From Vicinamibacteria bacterium (lineage in GTDB: Bacteria; Acidobacteriota; Vicinamibacteria; Marinacidobacterales; Marinacidobacteraceae), in the NCBI GenBank assembly GCA_964291235.2, contig OZ219815.1, forward strand, positions 928,001-992,000: a stretch of 64,000 nt of DNA. The letters run 5' to 3'. The stretch's first letter is position 1. Each line of letters opens with the position of its first letter. The notes under the pieces were generated by a model, which was not told the DNA's origin, did not search any database, and saw only the letters and a list, made by a program, of their open reading frames with translations. The position numbers and the translations under genes are program-made. Shown here piece by piece: positions 41,239 through 51,309 of the stretch.

Positions 41239-42145
41239 TCCGGACGGCGCCGGGCCTCACCGACAACTTCAGTTCGTCCCGCCAGCGGATGACATCTCCA
41301 TCCACCTCGGAGAGCAGTTCGCGGCCGGATCCGGCGCGGAAGGAATCGAGCGTCCCGATCACCGCGCACGCGATCCGGTGATGCTCGATCTCGCGCCGTC
41401 CGAAATGCGCCCCCCGGGTGAGGCGGGCTACTGCATCCACCACCGCCAGCGGACCGAGCGGCCCGATGATGACCGCGTCCAGGCGGCCGTCGCCGGGATC
41501 GGCGGCTGGAGCGAGGGGAATCCCACCGCCAAACCGGCGTGAGTTGAGGACCGTGAGGTCCAACAGCGTGCGGGGCCGCGGCGGGGTCTCGTCGAGGCCG
41601 ACGCGGAGCGACAACGGCTGGAAGACGCTGATTTCGCGGACCGCGGCCGCTGCGTAGGTCGCCCGGCCGAGGCCACGGCCGGCGGAGGCTCTCGCGGCAA
41701 CCGAGGCGGCGAGACCCAGCGAAAAGCTGTTCAGGAAGAAACGGGATGTCCCGGCGGTGTCCTCGATGTACCCGAGATCCGTGGGCAGCGCCGGCGTGCG
41801 GCGCAGGAAAGCGGCTGCTTCCGGGAGGCGGGAAGGGATTCCCGCCGCGCCCGCGAAGTCGTTCCCCGTACCACTGGAAAGCAGACCAAGTTCTGCGCTT
41901 CCGCCGGACCCGGCCAGACCGCGGGCCACCTCGGAGGCGGTGCCGTCCCCCCCGTAAGCGATCAACAAGGAGCGCGTGTGCGCTTCTGTCCGGGCGACCG
42001 CTTCCGCGTGGCCCGGCGCTTCGGTCCACACGAGATCGTGTGGGCCAAGCCTCTCGGTGAGAACCGCGGCCGCCGCCCGCCAGCGATCGCGACTGCTCCC
42101 GCCCCCGGCCTCGGGATTGGCAATCACCAGGGGAAGACTGCTCAT
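41183..42145 (-). CDS. Diacylglycerol/lipid kinase family protein (YegS/DgkB-like)
   Basis: NPEAGGG, GGDGT, GTGNDF, FGGG, DPGDGRLD and EVDGD. Confidence 0.9.
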   Translation of the reverse strand: MSSLPLVIANPEAGGGSSRDRWRAAAAVLTERLGPHDLVWTEAPGHAEAVARTEAHTRSLLIAYGGDGTASEVARGLAGSGGSAELGLLSSGTGNDFAGAAGIPSRLPEAAAFLRRTPALPTDLGYIEDTAGTSRFFLNSFSLGLAASVAARASAGRGLGRATYAAAAVREISVFQPLSLRVGLDETPPRPRTLLDLTVLNSRRFGGGIPLAPAADPGDGRLDAVIIGPLGPLAVVDAVARLTRGAHFGRREIEHHRIACAVIGTLDSFRAGSGRELLSEVDGDVIRWRDELKLSVRPGAVRIRRAPDPSPEASSRSPAG

Positions 42146-42319
42146 CTCGACGGGGCGATCCCGAATATGCTACGAGCCTCTCGGCGCGGCGGGGCGAGCG
42201 GCCCGCTCTGACCGAGTGCCCTTGCCCGAATCTCTCTTGATGGCGCCCGTCCCGGCTCCCCCGCCCCGCCTGGAGCGCCGGCGAGCCGGGACTCCCCTCA
42301 CACTTCGATCCGACGTCGC

Positions 42320-43051
42320 ATGAACCGGTTGTTTCATCATCTGGGCCGTTTCCTGGCCTCGCTCATGGCGGCGATTCGGGACGGCATTGCGCGCGGGATC
42401 ATACGGGCGCGCGTTCCCGCCAATGCCGTCACCCTCGCCGGTCCGGTAGCCATGACGTTCATCTTCTGGCCGCTGATCGAAGGAGACCAGTGGATGGCTG
42501 GTTGGGTCGGCCTGCTCGCGATCACCTTCGACGCCCTGGACGGAGCCGTTGCCCGGGTGTCCCGCAGGGTGACGCGCTTCGGTGCGTACCTGGATTCGGT
42601 GGTGGACCGCTACGCGGACATTTTGCTCATGTTCGCGCTGCTGGCCTACCTGATCATCTACGTCGAGCCGTCCGAACGCACTGCCTGGTTCATCATCTGG
42701 TGTTTCGCCACCGCGGGCACCGTGGTGACGTCGTATGCCCGCGCCCGCGCCGAAAACGTGATTCCCGGCTGTGCCATCGGATTCCTGGAACGTCCGGAGC
42801 GCACCGTGGGGATCATCGTCGGGCTCGTTACCGGGAACGTCCATCTTTCGTTGATCGTGGTAGCGATTTTCGGCAACCTGATCGCGGCACAGCGGATCTA
42901 CTACACCCGCGCCATCCTCGATGGTCGGACGCCCGCGTCCGGGTTCCGTTTCTGGACCTATCGCCGCGGCAGTGCGGAGCACGCGATGCTGAGCACCGCG
43001 TGTTTCTTCTTCATCGTCCTTGGACACCTGCTGATTCCGGCGCCTGCCTGA
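42320..43051 (+). CDS. CDP-alcohol phosphatidyltransferase (PIP-synthase/PgsA-like)
   Basis: Signature DALDGAVAR(x8)GAYLDSVVD; SYARARAE and ERPER are typical of the PIP-synthase-like subgroup. Confidence 0.9.
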   Translation: MNRLFHHLGRFLASLMAAIRDGIARGIIRARVPANAVTLAGPVAMTFIFWPLIEGDQWMAGWVGLLAITFDALDGAVARVSRRVTRFGAYLDSVVDRYADILLMFALLAYLIIYVEPSERTAWFIIWCFATAGTVVTSYARARAENVIPGCAIGFLERPERTVGIIVGLVTGNVHLSLIVVAIFGNLIAAQRIYYTRAILDGRTPASGFRFWTYRRGSAEHAMLSTACFFFIVLGHLLIPAPA

Positions 43052-43181
43052 ACGGGCAGCACCCAAGAAAAAACCCCGCTGCCGCCGGGCGGCTGCGGGC
43101 CGGTACGACGACCGCCGGAGAACGCGAGGTGCGTCTCCGGCGGCGCCGACAGCGGGTCGTCTGGTTGGACCCTAGGAGCAA

Positions 43182-43451
43182 CTACTCGACGTAGCTGTAA
43201 CCGCAGTTCTCGCAGGTCCAGGTCCGTCCCTGGCGGTACATGAGAGCGCCGCACTGCGGGCACGCCCGCGTATCCTCGTCCCCGGGGTTCTCGCCGAAGA
43301 GAGCGTCGTAGTCGATTTCTTCTTCGGTTTCTTCGTCTTCCTTCTTCTCTTCTTCCTGCTGCTGGGCAGCCGCAAACGAGGCGGCGCCCACCACGCCAGC
43401 GAAGGCGAAGCCGGCCCTCCTGAGGAATGCGCGACGGTTCAGGTCGTCCAT
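43182..43451 (-). CDS. Small Tat-signal protein with acidic linker and C-terminal CxxC-x12-CxxC ribbon
   Basis: NRRAFLR; EEEKKEDEETEEE; CPQCG...CENCG; RBS AGGAG upstream. Confidence 0.75.
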   Translation of the reverse strand: MDDLNRRAFLRRAGFAFAGVVGAASFAAAQQQEEEKKEDEETEEEIDYDALFGENPGDEDTRACPQCGALMYRQGRTWTCENCGYSYVE

Positions 43452-43497
43452 TTTCGTAATCTCCTGATGTTCGTGAATTGGGACTGCTGGCTGAGCC

Positions 43498-44862
43498 TCA
43501 GTCGCCGTAGCCGACGGTCGAACGCGCGAATTCCTTGACCTTCTCGGCCATCCGGCGCTCTTCCACGATCTTCTCCCAATCCACCGCGGGCTCTTTCACC
43601 TCGGCGGTGGGCGGAAGAATGTACTTCGGCATGTTGTACTCGTCCTTGAACATCTGCGTCCGGACGTGCCCGGTGGCGAACTCGGCGTTCTCTCCCGACA
43701 TGAGGTAGGTCAGCGTCGGAACGACGTCCCGCCGCTGCACCCGCTCGGTGACGGTATGGCCCTTCTTGAAGTCGGGCCCGAGCGCCATGAACCACACGTA
43801 GTGGGCGTAGTAGTTGCCCGGGCTGTGGCCAAGCTGTCCGTAGATGTTCACTTCGTCGTCCCGGCCGCACTCGGGGCGGATCACCAGCGCGGTGGTGTCC
43901 CGGAGGTACGCGTCGGCCTGGATCTGGCGCCACAGGTTGCCGATCAGCTCATCGGTAGTCTTGATGTGCTTGATGTACTCCCAGTAGTCCGTGTTGTAGT
44001 CCCAGAATCCGAAGTCGGCGTGCGCGTCGTCGAGAGCGAGGATTTGCGCGGTGATGGACTTCGGCTTGAACTCCTTGAGGATCTGGGGCACCAGGGTCAG
44101 CACCTGGGCGTCCCCGTAAGGGATTTCCCGGTTGATGACCGGCTCCCGGGTGGAAGGCGGAACGTAGGACTTCGAAGCCAGGGTGCCGTCGATGAAGTCC
44201 TCGACCTGCTTCCGCTCCTTCGCGGTGTGCCCGAGCCCCTTTTCGACGTTCAGATCCACGATCTGAGCGCCGGTGAGCTTCTGCTCCGGATAGAAGATCC
44301 GGTTCATGGTGAGGCTCGTGGACCCGTGCTTTACGCCGTACTCGGGATGCTGGCTGAAGTGCTTCACGTCCCAGGTCCAGGCCCGGTAGTAGGAAGCACT
44401 CTGCAGGGTCCAGAAATCGGTCGCCGTCCCGCCGGCCTTCTTCCGGATGTACTCGGCCCAGGTGGGGTAGCGGGGCCGCTGTGCGGGAGCATCCACGCCG
44501 CTGAGCACCTCGGAGTACATGTAGCCGTGGAGGTTCGCGGTCTCGCCGTAGTCCTCGGTGAAGACCGTGCCCTCGGCAGCCATCTTCGTCTGGAACGGCG
44601 AGTGCTCCGGGTTGTCGATGACGTCGATCTTCCGGGCGCCGTTTCCGAGGATGACGGTCACCAGGTGCTTCGTCTTGAAGCCCGGGTTCTCCGGAAGGAC
44701 CATGCCGCCCTGCGGAATCCCGGCGCCCGCTTCGAAGATGGGGCTGCCGGCGGCGTTCCGGCCACTCAGCACCGCACCGGCGCTGGCAGCCGCGCCCAGT
44801 TTGAAGAAGTCGCGACGGTCAATCGTCTTGGCGGTCGCTTTGGCGGTCTTCTCGGCGGTCAT
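43498..44862 (-). CDS. Tat-exported protein, probable alkaline-phosphatase-superfamily fold
   Basis: DRRDFFK Tat motif; KTKHLVTVILGNGAR, DDAH, D..IG.LW, T.LVIRPECGRD and DVVPTL. Confidence 0.7.
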   Translation of the reverse strand: MTAEKTAKATAKTIDRRDFFKLGAAASAGAVLSGRNAAGSPIFEAGAGIPQGGMVLPENPGFKTKHLVTVILGNGARKIDVIDNPEHSPFQTKMAAEGTVFTEDYGETANLHGYMYSEVLSGVDAPAQRPRYPTWAEYIRKKAGGTATDFWTLQSASYYRAWTWDVKHFSQHPEYGVKHGSTSLTMNRIFYPEQKLTGAQIVDLNVEKGLGHTAKERKQVEDFIDGTLASKSYVPPSTREPVINREIPYGDAQVLTLVPQILKEFKPKSITAQILALDDAHADFGFWDYNTDYWEYIKHIKTTDELIGNLWRQIQADAYLRDTTALVIRPECGRDDEVNIYGQLGHSPGNYYAHYVWFMALGPDFKKGHTVTERVQRRDVVPTLTYLMSGENAEFATGHVRTQMFKDEYNMPKYILPPTAEVKEPAVDWEKIVEERRMAEKVKEFARSTVGYGD

Positions 44863-46334
44863 CGGGGACCCTCCTTGCCGCTTTCGTCGGCGGCTTCGGT
44901 GTCTTCATTGTAGAAGTTGACCGTGATTCCGTCTATTTCGGAATCCCGATCTTCGTAGTAGAGCTTGAAGTTGCGGGCCTCGTCGGAGATGCCGAGCCGC
45001 ACGAGTTCCCAATCCCCCCACTCCATCGTGTCGGTGACGGTGAACGAGCCGGTCCAGATGTGCGGCTCGGGGAGCTTCGAGGGACGGTTGAGCGCCACGA
45101 AACCGCCGGTCTCGGGGGTCATGCTCTTGAGCTTGACCTTGAGCGCGTCGGCGCCATTCGGCGAACGGACATATCCCTCGATGCCGTGCACGCCCGAGAG
45201 GTTGTCTTCGGCCAGCACGGTGAGGCCCACCTGCTCGCCCAGCTTGGCCTCGGTCTTGGTGAACTGCACCGCCAGGATCTCTGCCGGCACCTGGTCGATC
45301 ATCTCCGTTTCCTGCTCCACGTGCACCGTGGCGGCTTCCATCAGCGGCTCGGTCCGGTTGAAGTAGTACCGGATGTTGGTGGCGTGGTCCTTGAGCGTGA
45401 CGCGCATGAGCTGCCACTCGCCGCCCTCGTACCACTGCGGGATCTGGAGTGCGCCCTTGAAGAGGCCCGGCTGGGCTCCCACCATCACCATCGTCGAGCG
45501 GATCTGGTGGTATCCGCTCGGGGAAACCCACACGGTCTCCGCTTCGGTGGGGCCGGAAACGTCGTCTTCGGCGAGCACGCTGTACTTGATCAGGCCATCG
45601 CCGGCCCGCACCCGCTCGGTTTCCACGGTGACCGACTTCAGGGTGGGCGCGGTGATATCCACCTGGTCGCTCTTGCTGACATCGAAGCCGACCGGCTGTC
45701 CGTCCTCTTCCTGCATGGCCTTGTGGAAGTCGGCCCAGTAGGCCTTCCGGTCGCCCACCTTGTCGGCGATGATCGTCGTGCCGACGACATAGCGGCCGGG
45801 CGCCGCAAAGCGGGAGAGCTTGCCGCGGCCGAGGAAGAGCGTTTCGTCACTCTCGTGGGGCTGGAAGTTGATGTACATGGTGGCCGCGCGGCCGAGCTCG
45901 CGGTTGTAGAACAGCGAGACGAACGACTGCGCCGCGTTGTAGGGCGAGACGACCCGCGCGATGGCGCGCACCTCGTCTCCAGGCGCCACTTCCTTGCTGA
46001 GCACCCGCATCTCGGTGAGGATCGGAGGAAGCTGGTTCCCGGAGAGGTCCACTTCCTTCAACTGCTGATCGCGGCGCCGGTACTGGTACTGCTCGGGAAC
46101 CCGCAGCTCGGGCGCAAGACCCCAGCCGCCGTCGTCGTGCCCGCTCGAACTTATCACTCCGAACTCGTTCAGCACGTCGTGGGGCTCGAGGAGCGGATGG
46201 GTCTCGCCTTCCGGTGGCTTGGGCTCTTCTTGCTTGTCCTGCGCCATGGCGAAGCCGCCGAGGAACAGGAGCGCGACGGCTGCGGCCAGGAGTCCGACCG
46301 CCAAGCGTTTGGGTGTCGTGGAATGACTGAGCAT
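44859..46334 (-). CDS. Secreted protein with repeated beta-sandwich modules
   Basis: Signal peptide ending AMA. Repeated D..(A/P)...(V/L).AEDD/N.SG......SP.G...G.W.L....D.A.N motif. Confidence 0.75.
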   Translation of the reverse strand: MLSHSTTPKRLAVGLLAAAVALLFLGGFAMAQDKQEEPKPPEGETHPLLEPHDVLNEFGVISSSGHDDGGWGLAPELRVPEQYQYRRRDQQLKEVDLSGNQLPPILTEMRVLSKEVAPGDEVRAIARVVSPYNAAQSFVSLFYNRELGRAATMYINFQPHESDETLFLGRGKLSRFAAPGRYVVGTTIIADKVGDRKAYWADFHKAMQEEDGQPVGFDVSKSDQVDITAPTLKSVTVETERVRAGDGLIKYSVLAEDDVSGPTEAETVWVSPSGYHQIRSTMVMVGAQPGLFKGALQIPQWYEGGEWQLMRVTLKDHATNIRYYFNRTEPLMEAATVHVEQETEMIDQVPAEILAVQFTKTEAKLGEQVGLTVLAEDNLSGVHGIEGYVRSPNGADALKVKLKSMTPETGGFVALNRPSKLPEPHIWTGSFTVTDTMEWGDWELVRLGISDEARNFKLYYEDRDSEIDGITVNFYNEDTEAADESGKEGPR

Positions 46335-46456
46335 GAGGGAAGTTCTCCGTTCGCCCGGGAATAACCGCCGTGCGGGCAATGCACGGAACGGGGGTCCGCC
46401 CTTATACGGCGGAAAGAGGGCCGAAGTCAAATGGGACAGGGGTTTTTGGCCGCGAT

Positions 46457-46696
46457 TCAGGCCCGGACGGACCGGACGAACTCCGCAGCGCGCCGGATTC
46501 CCGGACTGACCCCGGTCCGTTCCGCGAGGCGGCGGAGATCCCACTGCGCGACGGTCCGCATGTCGAGCCGCATCTGCCCCTCCAGCGAGTCGAACACCGC
46601 CCCGTAATCCCGGAGCGCGCCGTCCACATCTCCGGCGGCCAATCGCGCCGCGGCGAGCAGCAGCCGCTGCCGGTCCGAACCTGACGGATCCATGGC
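46457..46696 (-). repeat. Direct duplicate of the 3' 240 bp of the TPR gene (46790-47029)
   Basis: Near-identical, with about 8 substitutions by eye; includes the stop codon. Confidence 0.9.
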
Positions 46697-46789
46697 CAGC
46701 GCAATTGGAACGCCGGTCTCCAGTCCGGCATCGCGCGGGAGCGCGAAACCAGCGCCGACGGTGTAACGCTGCGTGCGCAGCGTGGGGGA

Positions 46790-47989
46790 TCAGGCGCGGA
46801 CGGACCGGACGAACTCCGCAGCGCGCCGGATTCCCGGACCGACCCCGGTCCGTTCCGCGAGGCGGCGGAGATCCCACTGCGCGACGGTCCGCATGTCGCG
46901 CCGCATCTGCCCCTCGAGCGAGTCGAACACCACCCCGTAGTCCCGGAGCGCGCCGTCCACATCTCCGGCGGCCAGTCGCGCCGCGGCGAGCAGCAGCCGC
47001 TGCCGGTCCGAACCTGACGGGTCCATGGCGTGCGCTGTTTCAAACAGCTCCACCGCTTCCCGGTGGCGTCCTTGCAGGTACACGGCGTTCGCGAGGTTGT
47101 AGTGCCCGAAAATGAAGTCCGGTGCGAGTTCCAGCGCCCGGCGAAAGGCGTCCTCCGCTTCCGGCAGCCGATCCAGATCCCGGAGAGTGACCCCGAGGTT
47201 CGAGGCGAGGGAGTGACTCAGGGGATCGAGGTCCGCGGCCTTCTCGAGTTCGGTCAGCGCTTCGCCGGGGCGTTCCAGCTCCCCGAGGGCCGCCCCGGCG
47301 TTCGCCCACCCGGGGGCGAAACCGGGCAGGGTTTCGGTCGTTCGGCGAAACGACGCGAGCGCCGCCTCCAGATCGTCGAGAACGATCATGGTCTTGCCGA
47401 GTTCGAAGTGCGCGGCGGCGAGAGATTCGTCCCGCTCGATGGCCTTTCGGAAAGACTCGGCCGCTTCCGCCGGGTTCTTGTGCTCGTTCGCCGAACAGCC
47501 GGCCAGCAGATGGCCCATCGGGTGGTCGCCGTTCTCAGCCGTTGCCGCCACGGCTGCCCGGGCGCGCACGCTTGCCGCCGGCGCGTGAAGGGCAATGCGG
47601 CGCAGCTCGGCGGCGCTGCCGGCGCGATCCATATCGGTGGCGTCCGGACCGGAAACCGCGGCGGGGGGGGCGGGAGGGACCGGTTCCCGCGCCACCTCGA
47701 ATTGGCAGGCGGCGCCCTTGCCGGCAAGCAGGTCCGCGGCCCGCCGGACCACTTCATCCTCCCGGGCGGAGGCCACCAGCGAGCGGCTTCCGGCTCCGAG
47801 GTGGGAAAGGCGGGCCAGCACGTAGGCTGGCGTGGCGATCGCGGGGAGGGGAGGCGTTTCGTCGAGCCTGCCGCGCCGGCGAATCGCGGAGCGGCAGGGG
47901 AACGCCCGGTGGAAATCGGGAAGCAGCACGGCGCCGGCCTCTTCGGGGAACGGGCCGGTCTCGTGCAGCCGCAGCGGCAACTCCTCCAT
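46790..47989 (-). CDS. Tetratricopeptide repeat protein
   Basis: Serial TPR units (AHFELG, GWANAGAAL, SNLGVTL, GHYNLANA). Confidence 0.85.
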   Translation of the reverse strand: MEELPLRLHETGPFPEEAGAVLLPDFHRAFPCRSAIRRRGRLDETPPLPAIATPAYVLARLSHLGAGSRSLVASAREDEVVRRAADLLAGKGAACQFEVAREPVPPAPPAAVSGPDATDMDRAGSAAELRRIALHAPAASVRARAAVAATAENGDHPMGHLLAGCSANEHKNPAEAAESFRKAIERDESLAAAHFELGKTMIVLDDLEAALASFRRTTETLPGFAPGWANAGAALGELERPGEALTELEKAADLDPLSHSLASNLGVTLRDLDRLPEAEDAFRRALELAPDFIFGHYNLANAVYLQGRHREAVELFETAHAMDPSGSDRQRLLLAAARLAAGDVDGALRDYGVVFDSLEGQMRRDMRTVAQWDLRRLAERTGVGPGIRRAAEFVRSVRA

Positions 47990-48303
47990 GGCTAGCGCCG
48001 GGATGACCGGCGCGTCCGCGGCGGCTGGAACCCGGGACGCGGCGGTGCGCGCGGTCTCTCCATCGCGGCTCAGGAGGAGCCTCCACCTCCCTCCCTCCGG
48101 CGGGGGGCCGATAGGCAGGCCAACCGTTTTCGACCGAAAGCGCGGCAGCTCCGGCGAGCCGCGCCGCCGGTGCGGGAGGTGCGGGACACGACACCCACAC
48201 GGTGTTCTTGAGGCGCGACGCTCCCATGGCCCACGATTCTAAGGACCGGGGCCGGCGTCTCCCGAATTCGTGCATCGCGGGATCAATATGCTTTCCGGGT
48301 TCC

Positions 48304-48966
48304 GTGACGAACACGCTCCACCGCTACGGCGCTCCCCAGACGCTGAAGGACGATTACATCGTCTTCGCGATGGCGGCGCGGGGAATCAACGACGAGGGGT
48401 CTCCCGAAAAGCTCCAGCGGTTCACCGAAATCGCGCTTCGGCACGGTCCCATCAACCTCGGCGACGCAACCAAGGGCGGAATCTTCCGATCCTCCCGGCT
48501 GAATCCCCTGGCCCATTGGCGCCGGCGAAAGCGTCTGGCGGCCGATTCGATCCGGAAGGGGGTGGACGCCCCCACGGTGGTCTCGGCGGTTTTTGACACC
48601 GAGGAGGCGCTGGTCGGTTTCCTCGTGGACCTGAAGGAAGCCGATCTGGGCATCAGCATCAACATCAGCGGTTTGACCGAGCGCGCTGCCGAATTGGCCC
48701 GCGACGCAGGAATCGTGCGGCACAGCGTCGAGTACAGCCTGGGTTTCTTCGGGAACCTGGATCGGCTGCCCGACCGCGCCACCCTCCAGCTTTCCACGAT
48801 GTGCGGGCACGGCATGCTCTCGTTCGGGTTCGCCCGCAAGATGCTGGACTGGGTGCGGACCGGCCGTCGCTCTCCCGAGGAGTGCGCGGAGGCGATGGCG
48901 CGTTTCTGCTCCTGCGGCATCTTCAACACCACCCGCGCCTGCCGCATTCTGCGGGACCGCACCTGA
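48304..48966 (+). CDS. Conserved hypothetical protein with a C-terminal Cys cluster (possible metal/Fe-S binding)
   Basis: GTG start MTNTLHRYG; TMCGHGM and CSCGIFN..RAC. Confidence 0.7.
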   Translation: MTNTLHRYGAPQTLKDDYIVFAMAARGINDEGSPEKLQRFTEIALRHGPINLGDATKGGIFRSSRLNPLAHWRRRKRLAADSIRKGVDAPTVVSAVFDTEEALVGFLVDLKEADLGISINISGLTERAAELARDAGIVRHSVEYSLGFFGNLDRLPDRATLQLSTMCGHGMLSFGFARKMLDWVRTGRRSPEECAEAMARFCSCGIFNTTRACRILRDRT

Positions 48967-49032
48967 TCGCTACCAAGGAAACCGCGGCGTCGGGTCCGGT
49001 GACGGAAACCGCTAAGAACAGGGGGAAAAACG

Positions 49033-49197
49033 ATGGCTGACTGCCCGGTGTGCGCCGCCGCCGTGGAGATATCCGAGGATCCGCTCGAAGGAGAGGTCCT
49101 CGAGTGTCCGGAATGCGGCAGCGAACTTGAGATTCTGGCCCTCGACCCCATCGTCCTGGGCGAGGCTCCGGAGACGGAAGAGGATTGGGGTGAATGA
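49033..49197 (+). CDS. lysW: Amino-group carrier protein LysW (not in the ORF track)
   Basis: [54 protein letters not shown]: zinc ribbon plus the diagnostic EDWGE C-terminus. Confidence 0.97.
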   Translation: MADCPVCAAAVEISEDPLEGEVLECPECGSELEILALDPIVLGEAPETEEDWGE

Positions 49198-50030
49198 GGA
49201 TCGGGTTCCTTCATTCGCTGATTCGTCCGGAAGAGAAGCTCCTCATCCGGGAGTTGCGAGGACGTCCCGGCGTCGAGTTGGTACTCCTTGATGACCGTCG
49301 GCTGGTGTTCGATCTGCGAACGCCGCCCGCGGTTGATGTCGTCCTGGAGCGCTCCATAAACCACTCCCGGGCGATGCACGCCCTGCGGCTCCTCGAGAGC
49401 ATGGGTGTCCCCTGCGTCAACCGCTACGAAGTCTCGCGAAAGTGCGGCGACAAGATCCTGACGGCCGTCGCGCTCCAGGAGTTCGGAGTGCCACAGCCGG
49501 AAACGCGGGTCGCGTTCACCGAAGACTCCACCCTGGACGCCATCGAACAGCTCGGTTATCCGGTGGTGTTGAAGCCGGCGGTCGGATCCTGGGGACGGCT
49601 GCTATCCCGGATCAACGATCGGGAGGCGGCGGAGACCGTGATTGAGCACAAGGCGATCCTCGGCAGCTACCACCATTCCATCTTCTTCGCCCAGAAGTAC
49701 ATAGAGAAAGGAGGCCGGGACATTCGCAGCTTCGTGGTCGGGGATGACTGCATCGCCGCCGTCTATCGGACTTCGGATCACTGGATCACCAACACTGCCC
49801 GGGGGGCGCGGACCTCCAACTGCCCGGTCACCGCCGATCTCGCCGAGATCTCGCTGCGGGCGGCGGCCGCGGTTGGAGGCGGCGTCCTGGCGGTGGACCT
49901 GTTCGAGACCGGTGACGGCCTGCTGGTCAACGAGGTCAACTACACGATGGAGTTCCGGAACTCCATTGACGTTACCGGGGTCAACATCCCGGAGAGGATC
50001 GTGTCCTACCTCCTCTCTTCCGACCGATGA
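49194..50030 (+). CDS. lysX: LysW-amino acid ligase (RimK-family ATP-grasp)
   Basis: [24 protein letters not shown] and [12 protein letters not shown]; ATG overlaps the lysW stop. Confidence 0.95.
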   Translation: MRIGFLHSLIRPEEKLLIRELRGRPGVELVLLDDRRLVFDLRTPPAVDVVLERSINHSRAMHALRLLESMGVPCVNRYEVSRKCGDKILTAVALQEFGVPQPETRVAFTEDSTLDAIEQLGYPVVLKPAVGSWGRLLSRINDREAAETVIEHKAILGSYHHSIFFAQKYIEKGGRDIRSFVVGDDCIAAVYRTSDHWITNTARGARTSNCPVTADLAEISLRAAAAVGGGVLAVDLFETGDGLLVNEVNYTMEFRNSIDVTGVNIPERIVSYLLSSDR

Positions 50031-51052
50031 TCCGCGTCTCCATTGCCGGCGGCTCCGGGTACGCCGGCGGCGAACTGCTACGCCTGATGCTGGGTCACCC
50101 CGAGGTCGAGGTGGGGGAGATCACCTCCGAGCGTCTCGCCGGGAAGTACGCCCACGGCGCCCATCCCAACCTGCGCGGCGCCACCCGGCTCCGGTTCTGC
50201 AGGTTGGAAGAGCTTTCGAAGTGCGACGTGCTCTTCGTGTGCCTGCCCCACGGTGAGTCGGCACGTCGGATCGACGACTTCCGCAGCATTGCCGGCCGGA
50301 TTATTGACCTGGGCGCCGATTTCCGGCTGCGCGACAGTGCTGCCTACGAGCGCTGGTACGGCCGGCCGCATCCCCGCCCGGACCTGCTGGGCCGCTTCGT
50401 TTACGGAATCCCGGAACTGAGCCGGCAGGAACTCCCTGACGCGGACCTGGTCGCCTGCGCCGGGTGTAACGCGACCGCCGCCATCCTCGCGCTGAAACCG
50501 CTGTACGCGGCGGGAGTCGTCGGATCCGCCGTCGTGGAGGTCCTTGTCGGATCGAGTGAAGCCGGCAACACGGCGACCGCCACCAGTCACCATCCGGAGC
50601 GCAGCGGCGCGGCCCGGGCCTTCCGGCCCACCGGGCACCGCCATCAGGGGGAGATCACGGCAGTGCTCGGCGCCGACCGGCTCCATTTCTCCGCCACCTC
50701 GATCGAAATGGTGCGCGGAGTCCTGGCGACCTGCCACGCCTTCACGGACCGCGCGCTCGACGATCGGGAGCTGTGGCAGATCTACCGCACCGCCTACGCG
50801 AAGGAGCCCTTCGTGCGCATCGTCAAGGGCCAGAGCGGAATCCATCGCTACCCCGACCCCAAGATCCTCGCCGGAACCAACTTCTGCGACGTGGGGTTCG
50901 AGCGCGATCCCGACACCAACCGGGTGGTGGTGCTCAGCGCGCTCGACAACCTGATGAAGGGAGCGGCGGGGCAGGCGGCGCACGCGTTCAACGTGATGCA
51001 GGGGCTTCCCGAGACTGTCGGCCTGGAATTCACCGGCCTGCACCCGATCTAG
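50027..51052 (+). CDS. lysY: LysW-aminoadipyl/glutamyl-phosphate reductase (ArgC family)
   Basis: [30 protein letters not shown]....HHPERS and [11 protein letters not shown]. Confidence 0.93.
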   Translation: MIRVSIAGGSGYAGGELLRLMLGHPEVEVGEITSERLAGKYAHGAHPNLRGATRLRFCRLEELSKCDVLFVCLPHGESARRIDDFRSIAGRIIDLGADFRLRDSAAYERWYGRPHPRPDLLGRFVYGIPELSRQELPDADLVACAGCNATAAILALKPLYAAGVVGSAVVEVLVGSSEAGNTATATSHHPERSGAARAFRPTGHRHQGEITAVLGADRLHFSATSIEMVRGVLATCHAFTDRALDDRELWQIYRTAYAKEPFVRIVKGQSGIHRYPDPKILAGTNFCDVGFERDPDTNRVVVLSALDNLMKGAAGQAAHAFNVMQGLPETVGLEFTGLHPI

Positions 51053-51055
51053 CAA

Positions 51056-51250
51056 CCGTGGAAGAAGCACCCCGCGCGGAAGGCAGGGCGGGACAGGCGC
51101 CGAACCCGCGGATGCCGCGGCGCGCGGGGCACTTCTTCCACGGGCTGATGACGCGTATCGCTCCGCGATCCGCGCCATCCTCTTTCGCGGGGAAGGGGAA
51201 ACCCCCTCCCCGCACCCCTCCCCCCGCGGCACTCCCCGACCGGGCGAACT
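51056..51250. repeat. Dispersed copy of repeat family B
   Basis: Long inverted repeat 51056-51078/51121-51143, then GATGACGC...GCGCCATC...GGGGAAGGGGAAACCCCCTCCCC; homologous to 26476-26660. Confidence 0.8.
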
Positions 51251-51309
51251 GGCGCGCCGCCAAAGGCCGGGCAAGCGATCTCGGCGCCGACCGCTAGAGG
51301 ATTCCACCC

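Noticed and set aside
43182-43451. Second LysW carrier or RiPP precursor
   Set aside because: It lacks the EDWGE terminus, has a Tat signal, and no modifying enzymes are adjacent.
46457-47029. Diversity-generating retroelement TR/VR pair
   Set aside because: Differences include C/G changes and are not adenine-restricted on either strand; no reverse transcriptase is in the window.
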